Source: Chrysomallon squamiferum (lineage: Eukaryota > Animalia > Mollusca). From it: a stretch of 64,000 nucleotides of DNA. A program made the position numbers and the translations under genes. Of the stretch, positions 41,518 through 54,402 are shown one piece after another (positions within the stretch are counted from its first letter, which is position 1; every line of letters begins with the position of its first letter). The DNA is taken from NCBI GenBank assembly GCA_012295275.1, contig CM022672.1, positions 23,622,001 to 23,686,000 on the forward strand. Direction: 5' to 3'. The notes below the pieces were generated by a model, which made no database searches, was not told the origin of the DNA, and worked only from the letters and a program-made list of their open reading frames with translations.

Positions 41518-43858
41518 TGAAATGAAATAAAATATAACAAATTTTTTTGAAAAAAAGATTACTTATTTAATTAAAAAACAAATATTTATATGACTGTCAA
41601 ATAATTCTTAATACATGATGAAATAAATACAAGAATTCAGAAAATAATAATAATTATTATTATTTCTTTTTTGGTGTTTTTTCTTTAATAATAAATTAAA
41701 GTGAAATTTATAACTAAAATTTATGCATATCTTTTCTTTTCAAATTAGTGTCATTTGAAATCTACATTCATTTTATTTATCTGAATGAAGTGGTAAGAAT
41801 TAAATCCATTATGGCCATTTTTATTTCAAAACAAATTATCTACGTGCATATTCTATGTCGATAGTATTGTAAGTGAAAAATTAATTTAATTCCATCTTTG
41901 CAACTGGTTTCAAAAATGTTTTGTTGATTATTATTTTTCTTATATGTGTATGTTTTCTGTTTATATACGTAAATATTTCAGTCATCAGCACCTTTTAATT
42001 TCTGAAACATTCTTAAAATTTAACTATGTTAGTTAGTCAGTTTCTCTTTCCACAGATGATAAGATGAAGAAAAAGAAGAACTAAAAACAAAATTATGAGA
42101 TAATAATGATAAAGCATCTTGGTTGTTTTGGAAACAATTCCTAAGAACTTACTATAACATTAACATAAAAAAATCAATAAGATGTTACTGCTTCGCTAAG
42201 TGCTAAAGAAGAGAATATGTCAGGAAAGTAGTTGACAGTATTTTCTCATAAAGATTCTTCATTCCAAAAGAAGATTGAAAATGTTTTAAAAGCAAATATT
42301 ATATATTGCCTTCTTCATCTTAAACAAAAGCTACAAAAGGAAAAAAAAATTCTGAGTGCTCAACATTCATAAAAAATACATGTAAACATATCCACACAAA
42401 AAGGAATTTTTTTTTCTTTTATTATTTTTGTAATATTATTTTATCACCCAAGTCAATGACAAAATGTATATATTTTAATAATATTTTTTTTACACTGAAT
42501 AAATTTATTTAATATTGTTTTAAAGAAAAAGAACAAATATTTATCATGGAAATACCTTTGATCAGCATTACAGCACAAACAATAATAATAATCATGATTA
42601 TATAACTTTATCCAAAAAATTGTTATAAAACTGTGCTATAAATTGGAATATAGATATATTTCTAATATGCTACTGAATTTATATAAACTCCAAATTTATT
42701 AACCTGTTGCTCGGAATAATTATAGAAGTAGAAAAAATACATTTGTATAATAATGAATTATATTGTTTTTATATCTAGTATTTTTAACAACATATTTGTT
42801 AATGAGCTTCATAATTATAAACATCAGTCAAAATCACGAACAAAAATAATTGTCTTTTTAGATTCTGGTTTTAATTACATGAAGTGCATGTAAATTGTTT
42901 TCATAATCACTTGAAATAATGTGTAATTTATGATCACTCAACAAAAGTAAACTGTTTTATGAAGTGTTATTTTATACACACATTAAATTAAAATATATAT
43001 ATATACTTTATAATTTACACCCAAACACAAATACAGAAGATTAATACAATATGGAATTATAAATTTCTAAATTCCTAAAACAGCTAAAAACAACAATTAA
43101 GCTAAGTAAGGCATTTCTGCAAATACCTGAAGAAACAAGTGATTTTGAAAATAGGATACAGGCCTATTTTTATTAGCATTCTCTTCTAAATTCCAACAAG
43201 CACATCATTTTACTGATTTTTTATTAATTCAATTCAAATGTCTAAACATTAAGATTGATAAGAATATTTTGCCATAAAAAAAAAAGTAGATCAAATTCCT
43301 TTATCACCACTATCTTACATAACTAATTGGATTAATTTAAACAATGATGATTACATTGGTGCATCTAATTTGTTGTTGTTACTCAATTAAACTTTTTTAA
43401 ATGATTTTAGAATATAAAACTAATAAAAATTTTGTATTAACTGATAGTTATGGAATTAAATTCTTGAATTATACTAATACAAACTACTTTGTGCTAAATA
43501 CAGTTGTGCCAACATAAATGAATACATTCATTTAGAATTTTTCAGAACATAATTATATGTCAGCATTTTTTCATCTTCAATACATCATAATCCATGCTCT
43601 TATTATTATGGCTGATGTATTAAATTTACAAATAAAATTCATTATGTTATAGTTTTGATTTTGATGACAACTGTTCCTTCTTCAAGTATGTTACATCATG
43701 AGCTTATACAGCAAAGTAACCCAGTAATGAAAACCCCAAATTAATGGTCCCTATGTCAAAATAATTCTGCAATATTTATGCTACCTTTCTTTGCATTTCC
43801 TTGCCTTCTTGATATTAATGAAAGGAAATAAAATATAAACAAATTTACATTGGTATTT

Positions 43859-43859
<1 letters not shown>

Positions 43860-43918
<59 letters not shown>

Positions 43919-43930
43919 AATAAATAAACA
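43860..43930. repeat. (AAT)n/(AAAT)n simple repeat
   Basis: Direct inspection. It explains the poly-I and poly-Y ORFs. Confidence 0.9.
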
Positions 43931-45353
43931 AATGAACAAATGAACAAATAAGTAAATAAATAAATAAATAAATATTGGTATAAATAATAATAATAATCTT
44001 AGAACAACAACAGTACATGCAACCATAATGAAAACTGAATGTATCAGCAATTAAAACAATACACAAAACATTAAAAAAATATATATCTCATAGACAATGT
44101 ATATTTTTGTAAATCAAAATAAATCATTTATTTCCAACAAATGTGTAAATACAGTATCTTATGACTACAAATTCATGTGGTTTCTTTTTTTTCCCTAGTT
44201 ACATATTTATGTAGTTAAAGTCAAAAATGTACCTGAAATAAAAATAAATTGGATTGACTAGCTGATTTTAACTGAAAAGATAATGCATCATTAAAAAAAA
44301 TTCAAATATTCAAACAAACAAAATCTGTGATAGCAAGCTAAATAGCTTGTAAAAGATACAAAGCTTATCTAAATTAAAACAACATTAAAAAATTTGTACA
44401 CATTTTTATGTTATATAATGTACAAGATACTCTGATAGTGAAAATAATGGCTTTAGAATTTTTAAATATACAATTACTAGGGCATATATTATAATATTAT
44501 CAGGGATCAAATATGAATAACATGAATTGTAACAAATAAGCAAAATCAATCCAAAGATACTAAATAGTTGAGAAATATTTACAATTTATTTACATATCAA
44601 ATACAACACATCTGAAATATCAGACTGAGAAATTTTCAAAGTATAAAAAAAGAAAAATGGTACACATAAAAAACATTATGAATAAAATATATATATATAT
44701 ATTTTTTTTTTTTAAGTGAAACAAATGCTGTAATATAACACAATAACACTGTTTTAGAAAACAATTTAATCTAATGTAGCAGAATAAACTCTGAAAGAAA
44801 TTTATACAAACTAAACTCATATTAAATACAAAAATGTTTGTTACACAATACATACTGAATTCACATCTATTATTTGTTAACTTTAATTCAGTGTATCATT
44901 ACTGCTGCTAGTTTCTGCAAAACATTATTATTTCATCACCAAATCAAATCAATAATTAAAATGATCAAAATTTAGCCTGACATTCTATGTGACCAATTCT
45001 AATAATAAAACAAAGTGAAAATGAAGCTCATTTAAAAAAACAAATTTAAAAAATAAATTAAAATATATTTCACTCAAAGTATGTTTTTATATAATATTGA
45101 GGATTATTTACATAATACATTATAATACAAATATCTCACTGGTTTGTATTTAAAGTTATAAGCTGGTGTTCTATGCACTGTTAAATATTAACTACTGTCT
45201 GTCTCACAAATTTTATTTACATTTTAGTGAGCTTCTGTTAGGTTATGTTATGTCCAATTTCCTATATCTTTTTCTGATTTTTCTTTATGTGAAATGTTTT
45301 ACAAGAATAGTTGTTGGTTTGTTTCATGTATTACCTATTTCAAATAATTATTA

Positions 45354-46413
45354 ATAGTTTATGTCACATGTAATAGCCAACTATTTGAGATCAAATGTTA
45401 ATCAAATACAACATAAAATATTGCAAATTCATAGAAATATATAATGTCAAAATCAAAATATTACTTTTCAAAAATCTAAATCAAATATTTATATTTTTAT
45501 CTTTTTAAATTATATATTATTAATGAAGATTAAGTATATACAGATTTATCAACAAACAAAAAAATTTGTAATTTGTTATACATTTGTAATGAACATTCAA
45601 ATAGTTCTGAGTAAGTGTTTTACATTTCTTAAACTTTTTTTATTTTCATATGAATTAATTATAATACTTACAACCTATTAAAAAGTTTAAACAATCTGAA
45701 ATAACATTCAACTGGAATGAAAAATATTAAAACTCATATTAAACTGAAGTTGTAGTCATATATTCATGCTTACATTGGTCTCATTCATACAACATCTGAA
45801 TAAATATTCAAATAATGAATATAAAATGCTCAGTAAGTATCAAATGCTTTTACTAATTAGGTAAGTAAATATATGTTTTATAAAAAATATTTAATGTGAC
45901 ACATACGTAAAGCATTTCAAAATAATGTTAATCAGGATGAAGAAACTATTTCAAAGAATTATTTATAGTTTATGTCACATGTAATAGCAATTATTTGATA
46001 TCAAATGTTAATCAAATAAAACATAAAATATTGCAAAATATTTATATTTTTACCAGTTTTTTAATTGTATATTATTAATGAAGATTAAGTATAATTTTAA
46101 AAACAAACAATTTTTGTAATTTGTTATACATTTGTAATAAACATTCAAATACTTTTGAATAAGTGTTTTACATTTCTAAAACATTTTTTGTTGTCAAATT
46201 TATTAATTATATTATTTACAACCCATTAAAAAGATTAAACAATCTGAAATAATATTCAACTGGAATGAAAAATATTAAAGCTCATATTAAAGTTAAGTTG
46301 TAGTCATATACTTACTCTTACATTGGTCTCAGTCGTATATAAAATAATCTTTCTTGTGACACATACGTAAAGCATTTCAAAATAATGTTAATCAGAATGA
46401 AGAAACTATTTCA
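45354..46413. repeat. Diverged local tandem duplication (two units, ~45354-45953 and ~45964-46413)
   Basis: Both units start ATAGTTTATGTCACATGTAATAGC and end TGTGACACATACGTAAAGCATTTCAAAATAATGTTAATCAG.ATGAAGAAACTATTTCA. Internal blocks align with indels. Confidence 0.85.
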
Positions 46414-46633
46414 GTAGTTAAAAAAATGTTCAAAATATACATTCTATTCAATCAACTCTATTATTTAACACAGTATAATATAAAATGTATGTTCACTGAA
46501 AATGTACAGAGAATATTTACTACACTAAAATACTTGGAACTAAATATTCATTTTAAGTTTACAGAAAGCATTTAATATGTTAAAACACTTAGAACAGTTT
46601 TATATGTTTCACTGTTTAACATTTCAATTAATT

Positions 46634-48367
46634 TTAAAGCAGGTCACTGTTAATAGAGACAGATGTTTCATCTGTGATTCCTTTTCTAGCCAGCTGTTCT
46701 CTCACTCTTTTCAGGTAATCTGGATCAGGATACCCATTGCTAAAACAAAAATAGCATAAAAACAATAACAGGAATTAATAAATATTTAATTCACAGAAAT
46801 TCTCACCTACCTGCACCAGACAAAAACAGTCTGACATTCAGACAAAATCCTGAAGGAGAAACGTTTTGGACCCATGAACAAAATACAAAATACAGTAGTT
46901 CAAACTGTAGATTAGGGTCCCTGTCTTAGTTTTGAATGAAGATAAAGATTCATAGAAATAAATTTTCTGATATCATTTTGACTTTATAAAATTACTCCAT
47001 CATATCTAGAACTATGTGCTATACTTAAAATATAAACTTTATCTTATTAAACAGAGATAAATGAAATAATTTTATTTTCATATAAAGAAATTTATCTCAG
47101 ATGAGTTACAAAAAAAAATTAAACTTACTTTTCTGGACCTCCCCATGCATTTGTTTTATGTTCAATATCACTCCAGTCTATAGAGTTATCTGCCCCAATG
47201 ATGAAAGTAAGACCTCTGTCAAAAGCAATCTTCAACAATTTGTTGACTATCCGACCTTCCTCGTTATCTGGCAAATAAGCTGTCTTTCTTGTAGAATAAT
47301 AGAACTTTCCTGGATTGGGATGTCCTTCCTGGAGATGAAAACACCAATTCTGTTAGTATAAAATCATTATTAAATTTAATAATATGACTAAAGATAACAT
47401 CTAGTGTAAATTATAATAATGAGCCACGTTAACTAATAAAATTAATATAGTATTTCAAAAAACAAAAATAACTTAAAGATATTAAATTACTGGGATTAAT
47501 CAATAAATATTTTTTGACATTTGATGTAACTAATTCACTTGAATTGTTCATTTAAATAAATAACTGGCATCAAATATTTTGATTACACATTTTGCAGATC
47601 AGATAGGAGTCAATAATAGTTTTTAAATATTTGAAAAAGAAGTAATTTAGAAACAATAAAAACAAAAAATCTAAATGTAGCCATAATTTTTTAATAAAGG
47701 AAAGTTGTGTACTGACAAAACATATATATGCTTGGATATGTATTATTATTATTTTCTTCAGTCTTCCTCACTTAATAAAAACTCTAGCTTACATTGTGAT
47801 ATTTAGTTGATGTAAATAGTTTCTGCAGATTACTAAATAATTGTAATTTGTAGTGTTCTGATTAATGAAAATTAAACTATAGTGAATTGTATATAGGATA
47901 TTTAAATCTTACCAACTGTCTGCCACCAGTAAATGAATAATTAATGACTATTGTTTGATCATGAGGATATCCTTCCAGATAGAATCCATAAATACTGAAG
48001 GACATTTGTCCCTTTGGCATATTTCCCCAAACTGGTTTGTTTACTGAGGAACAAACTGGACAGACAGATGGAAATTTATTTCTGCAGGTTTGACATAACA
48101 GATGTTTGCATTTCAGAAACACTGGAAAGGAAGAGTCTTGTTGCTGGCAGGATGAACAGACATTTTTGTCTTCTCTGGATTCTGGTTTAGATAAGGCATT
48201 TGATAAATGCAATTTTTTAAATTGTTCATAATTAACTTCCATCATCTGAACATGATCTTCATTCTTATCAACAATTTGAACTTGTTTGAGAAATAGATTT
48301 GATTCTTTAGCAGCAAATTCCTGAACTGCTTCAAAGATTGTTTTGGTGTAATCATTTATAGAGACAT
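46634..48367 (-). CDS. Intact C3HC4 RING + Deltex C-terminal domain exons (DTX3L-like E3 ligase module)
   Basis: RING CSSC-x12-CKHLLCQTC-x7-CPVC followed by [94 protein letters not shown]. The three exons join in frame to TAA at 46634-46636. Confidence 0.9.
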
Positions 48368-49185
48368 CTAAAAAAAAAAAAAAAAAAGAAAAGAAGACAC
48401 ATAAATATATAATAATAAGAAGAAAAAGAAGAAGAAAAAGCAGAAATAATGGAAGTGAAATAAATAAATGTGAGACATGTATATTATATTATGTAAAAAA
48501 TCACTTAAAGATATGTAGGATGTGCTACATTTAATTCTTGCTAACATTTTTATAAACAAGAGCATTTTAAATAATTAATCTATCATTGTGCTTTAACCAG
48601 GAGGATATAGATCAATCATGATTTCTTTCGCTGGTGTATTTCTTTATATCAGAAACATGTTGGTAAATTTAGTTGACACAGAACGTTTCAGGATATTTAA
48701 AATACTTCATTAAATGTATTCTTCTAAACAAAATTTTACTCATTTGATAGATAATAACAAATAACATTTTCTAGTCATTACATCCAATTTAAATATCTAA
48801 CAGACTAACTGACTAACATAACATACCTTTTGGGTCATCAACACAGGAAAAGCAACAGATGAAAGTTCCTGGGAATTGGCAAAAGCAAAGATTTTACTAA
48901 TAATCTCTTTAAATTTAGCAATTTCTTTGAGAATATTTTGCAAGGATACCACCACATGTATGACTGTTTTTTGAAGCTTTCCTCCAGTGGTTTGGAAAAT
49001 ATATCCAATGGAGAACTGATTAACTGAATATGCCTTCAAAGTTTTCTGTATTCTTCTCCAGCAGCTTCAGAGATATTGTTGGGCACACTATGTTTTTCTG
49101 ATAGATCTGTATCTTGCCAGCAGACTATGGCTTGAGCATTTGAATGTAAAATGTTATCACAATATATTAATATGTCAGGTACTTT
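48245..49185 (-). CDS. Divergent macrodomain 3, split by a 1-nt frameshift at ~49040
   Basis: DILIYCDNILHSNAQAIVCWQD..ISEAAGEEY[fs]..GYIFQTTGGKLQKTVIHVVV..ELSSVAFPVL..IFEAVQEF..LKQVQIV. Confidence 0.7.
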
Positions 49186-50929
49186 GTCACTTGTAGTTGT
49201 CACTTCTGAAGTATTATTTGACTTTTTTAATGTTTCATTAAATCTGACATTAGGTCTGTTTTTGGTGCTAACAGTTGAAATGTCAGATTTAGGACTGAGC
49301 TGACTGGTTTTCTGCTGGATAACAGATTCATTACCAGCCTTTATCTCTGATGCAGCTGATAGACTGGCAGACAAAGAAGTAGAATTTTCATCTGCATTTT
49401 TTGTGTTAGCTGAAAACTGTCTTCTATGTCGATTTTTTGGTTTAATTTTGTTAAGATAAAGATATGCTTTGGTTTTTGCCTCATCTGTTTTGTCTCTCTT
49501 ATCACCAATTATCACCAGTTTGTCACAGCAGTATTTGCAAAAGACATCACTGAATTCTTCACTAAGTTTATTTTCAGCTTCTTTTGCTTTTTCTGATTCT
49601 GAAGGTGAAATATCAATGTCAAATCTTATCAAACCTTCTATCTGATCATAAAGCTGCTTTGATTCAGCAGGATTAGAAGAAATTGGAAAAGATATGTTCA
49701 CTTTGTCATTTACAATTTCTGCAATACAATACTTTTCAAGCAGATGTTCTTTAATAATTTTCTGAACAGCCTCAAAGTGACAAGAGTCAATAACAATTTC
49801 TTGAGACTGATTAGCATTCATTTTTGAAGGAGAATGCTGTTGTGGTTGTTTTGGTCTAGCACCTTCTCCCATCTGATAAGATAGTCTATGTGAAAAATGA
49901 GCTACATCAGGTTGAGAGTTCTGAAAACTATTTATTATTTTATATACTTCAGTCAGAAGTGTAAAGGTTTTTGCTTTCACTATGACTGTTGGTGGGTTTG
50001 ACATTTCACATTTCATGACTTTTACACCATCCATAGTTTTGAGTTTTTCCAATAAACGATTGTGTCCTTGACGTCTGAGAATTGATGGGTTAAGATGAAT
50101 CTTATGGTTGAAATCCTGAAGTACAGAAATACATATTTATTTATTTACATGACTTTTAGTGTGTATGTGCGTGTGAGTGTGTGTGTGTGTGTGTGAAACA
50201 GAAATTAATATTTAGGTTTCAAACAAAATCATAAATTGATTGATATGTAAAAATAATTGCAATAAGATCAATAAAGTAAAAATATTACACATATTGGTGA
50301 CAGCTTATGTAGAACATCAAAGTTGTATATTTTTATTTTATCAGAGGATCTCAAATACTGAAATGAATTTTTTCACTGAATCAGACAGATGAATAATTAC
50401 TAATTTACAGTAAAATAAGAAAAGAATAAATAAATGGAAAAAAATGTGCAACAAACCCCTTCAATGAAAAAGCAACAGTATATTAACATGTTAAATATTA
50501 TTACACTTAACCATAATTGAATACTTTTTTCTATGCTTTCAGTTAGATCTGATCTCATTACTAAACCAAAATATAATTATATAAACAAATGTTTATTAAA
50601 AGGGATAATATTTTACCTTTTTAAATTGTGAAATTAAATTTTGTTTAGTTTTATCATTTTTCTCAGAAGAATTTGATGTAATCTTCAAAATTCCTACATT
50701 TTCCTCATCATGATCAGTGTCTTGGCTTGATAGAAGTCCTGAAAATATTTTACATCAACCATGTGAAATCAACATAAATAGATACAATTAATATATTAAT
50801 AGTAATTATAATTATTGCATAACTGAGTTTCAGAACAAAAATGTATTTGAAATATTAATTTATTCTGAATATAAATCATTTGTTAGGTTAATGAATTATT
50901 TGTGCTATCAGTCTCAAACTGAAACTTAC

Positions 50930-53123
50930 CAATAAAAGCCAGAAATTTTGAAAATAGTGATTGGTTGTTTTCATGCAGTAATTTTCCAAAGATCTCATAG
51001 TCCTTTTTATTGTGTACTGGTAGTGTGATGAGACATATCTTCTTCTTAATCTCGTAATCATACAGAGAATTCACCAAATCCCGACATAGGAACTCAGCAT
51101 TTCTTGCTAACAGGCCTGAAAATTGTTTGATCTTTTCATTAACTACAAACTCCACTAAATTAATAATTAAATAAAAAAGACCAAACAACATCAACATAAA
51201 TAATCTTTCTATTAATGTCTGTTAATTCTGAAACAAAGTAAATCTTCTATTTTTTAATTTTACAGTTGTTTTCTTCTGCAATTCTTAAGAGAATAATAGT
51301 TCAACATATTTACAGAAAAAACCCATAGAAGTAACAGCAATAAATAATCTCAGTATTTAATTACAATCCTGTTTGCTACATAAATTAAGTTTTGAAACAG
51401 AATTATTTTAATATAGTTTTCTCAGTCAAAGGTATATGAACTTACCATCTGCAGTAATAGGCATTTGCAATGACTGTACATGCTGACATGCTGCAATCTT
51501 CAAGCTCTTAATTAGGGCTTCTTTTAGATCATTAACAATATTCTGTTTTAGGAAACAGTGAATCAACATCCTTGAAGCTGGCAAAGAGTGTGCACTGGTT
51601 GTTACAACTCCATTTTTAAGAGCTGAAACTTTAATAAATTAGGATTAATTCATTACTTAGCTAGTAACAGAGAAAGATATAGATCAAACACTTTATTTGT
51701 CTCTCCCCAAAAATATTCCTATTTGTCCATTTCCATTTTGCCTTTATAATTAATAAAAATTCATTTTAAATATATATGTATTATAAAATATTGTAGTATT
51801 ACTGTTTGCTTCAAAATGATAATCTTGTCCAAGATAACAATTTAATCAACTGTATCAATGCACCAAAACAACTGGTGTAGCATTTAATTTCATGATCAGT
51901 GGTTAGGACCAGTATTAATTTCATTTATGGATTTATGGGTTTATCTTTTTCAGAGCTTGAAAGATAATCATACCAAAAACCTAACAGTGAATAATTCTTG
52001 ATATTGTTTGATTATGTACCGTAACTGTAGCTGCTCCACATTCAGAAGGTTGAGTAACTAGTAATTCACCATTTCTTTCAAAGAAAACACTAACTGACAA
52101 ACGTGGGAAACTTCAAGTATTTAACTAGCAGTAAAACTGATAACAAAAAAGAATAAAAATTTAAAAAAACAATAAAAATAAAAATAATAATATTAATTTT
52201 AATTACAGAAAGAAACACATACATTACCCCATATACATTTTTATGATGCTTACAAAATAATAATGTATACATTGTCTGTCTTGTCAAAAATACTTTAATA
52301 TTATATTAGTGCTTAATCACAGGCTGTTGTTGAGAAGTTTGAATGAGTGAAAATAATATTTCTGATTTGGCATGGTTAGTTTGAGACTGAATTCATACAA
52401 TGAAATTTCAGGTAATATTTTAAATATATAATCTCATTATGAACAATAAGGGCACAAGTAATGGAAGAACTTTTTTTATAATAGTCCTTATAACATTAAA
52501 TTAAATCACTAGTCAGCAAATATTTTTTGGTTTGGTTATAAATCAAGATTTTGGTAGCTGAATTATTTTCTAATAAATAAAACATATTGGTATTTTAAAG
52601 TTTTCTACTTATTGGATTCACTCAGTTTTATTGCTTTAATATCTTCATGTCTCATTAAAGGATGCATATTTGGTTCTGAAAATTTGGAAGCGATAAACAC
52701 ATAGATACAATCAGAAATTCACAATATGCTGAATCATTCACAATACACATAAGAAGATAAAAAATGATTTTTCTATGTTTCAGAAAATTCTCTTTAGAAA
52801 CATTTTTCTAATTAAAAAATATTTTACTTTCAAAAGATTAATATTTTGTTTATATAAATTATTTTGTGTGTGTCAAAAATACTAATACAGTAATTATTAA
52901 TGTGTTAGCCAAATGATTAACAAATAACCAAAAGGTTTCTGAATTCATTAGAAGTGATAATGCATTAAGTGTCTGCAGCATTTAAAACATATAGATTAAT
53001 GTATCTCACCCAGTAAATCCTTGCTTTCCCAGAAACAAAGAATAGCTTCAGATTTTCCTGCACATTGAGAGATATTTCCTAGAATAAGCTGAACATCAAT
53101 ACCACTGATAGTGAAGATTCTTT
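50930..53123 (-). CDS. Divergent macrodomain 2 exons
   Basis: IDVQLILGNISQC..EAILCFW, GVVTTSAHSLPASRMLIHCF, LIKSLKIAACQHVQSLQMP and KKICLIT follow the macrodomain strand/helix order with degenerate ligand loops. Confidence 0.55.
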
Positions 53124-53309
53124 CTGAAATGTTTAATTAAACATATAGAGTATCCAAACTGTTAAAACACTGAGTAATGTAAAGATTTCCTGTTCAAGAA
53201 ACCTTTAATCTATGTTTGTGTTAAAAACAAATAATAAAAAAAAATTGTACAAATCTTTAAAAAAGTACTATTTCTGCTTTCCTCCTTGGGTAGACCATAT
53301 GTGAATGTG

Positions 53310-53920
53310 AACAAAATTAAAGTGCTAATCAGAGCAAGCTGTTGTGAAGCATGTCTACGACAGGCACACACCCTGACAGGTCAGCGGTCATGTCTGTTGC
53401 AGATGGTAGACAATACAGATTTCCTCTTAATTATATCAAATATCAAGACCATATATATGACCTGAAACCTTGACATCACCTGAGTTTAGAAACTGAATCA
53501 AATGATATTTGAAATAAATAAAAATCAAAACTTTAAAAATATTTGTAGGTAAATAAAACAAGATCAACAATGATGTCCGGTGCTTGTAAACATATAGTTT
53601 TACAAACATCTCATTTTCTTTCAGTCACATCAATAATAAATTTAATTCAGACTCTCTCTTCATATACAGATTGGTTCATAACAAAATATTTCATAGCTTC
53701 ATCCATAAAACAACATATAGCCTACATTTAAACATAACTGCTGAATGTTTAGAAACACATTACTTAATAACGAATAGAAAATGAAATTTATAAGGCAGTT
53801 TCGTTATTATAAATCCTATATCATGTAATGCACATATTCTCAATCATGGGTCAAACTGACTGTCAGACAAAAACATGCTACACAAGAGACTGCTCTGATT
53901 AGCACATTAATTTTTCACTC
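53310..53920. mobile_element. MITE with terminal inverted repeats in an intron of the macro-Deltex gene
   Basis: GTGCTAATCAGAGCA (53322-53336) is the exact reverse complement of TGCTCTGATTAGCAC (53891-53905), with imperfect outward extension (AAAATTAA). The interior is non-coding, and a related end lies at ~32400. Confidence 0.7.
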
Positions 53921-54402
53921 ACTCATTCAACAGTGTTTAACAAAGGAAAAAAAGAGAGAAGAAAACTAAATGAAATTAAAAACTGTTACCTTTTTTAGCC
54001 CCTTTTCTGCATGTACTTTGAGAGAAATATCTGAAATGGAACATATTTAAATTTTTGCTAAACAATGCTGGTTTCTGTCTGTAGTATGTATCCAAACAAA
54101 TTTGATTTATGAACAATTGTTTTCTAAAATATATTAGTAATTACTTAATTACCTTTTTGAATTTCACTTTAGCAAATCATCCTTTGTATTTCTTTTTCAA
54201 TGCTATTTTATTCAGAAAATAATTATTATGAAGAATTTGTTTTCTCTTTTTTTCTTATACCTATGGGAAACTGAAATCAAAATTCAAAGTAAAAATCTCA
54301 AAACATAAATCTTCATTTTGATGTATTGAGAACACTATTGCTGTACCAGGAAACCTTTATTAAAAATGAAATAATAATAACTGTCAAAAGGCTGTGACAT
54401 AC

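Noticed and set aside
42038-42083. CAGTTTCTCTTTCC ISRE-like match, also resembling a plus-strand acceptor followed by DKMKKKKN*
   Set aside because: Ambiguous. It lies 2.6 kb from the dispanin-like ORF and no upstream plus-strand exons were found to link it to.
52020-52093. Possible extra exon of the macro-Deltex gene (VFFERNGELLVTQPSECGAATVT)
   Set aside because: Its donor phase does not match the downstream phase-1 exon, and the model closes without it.
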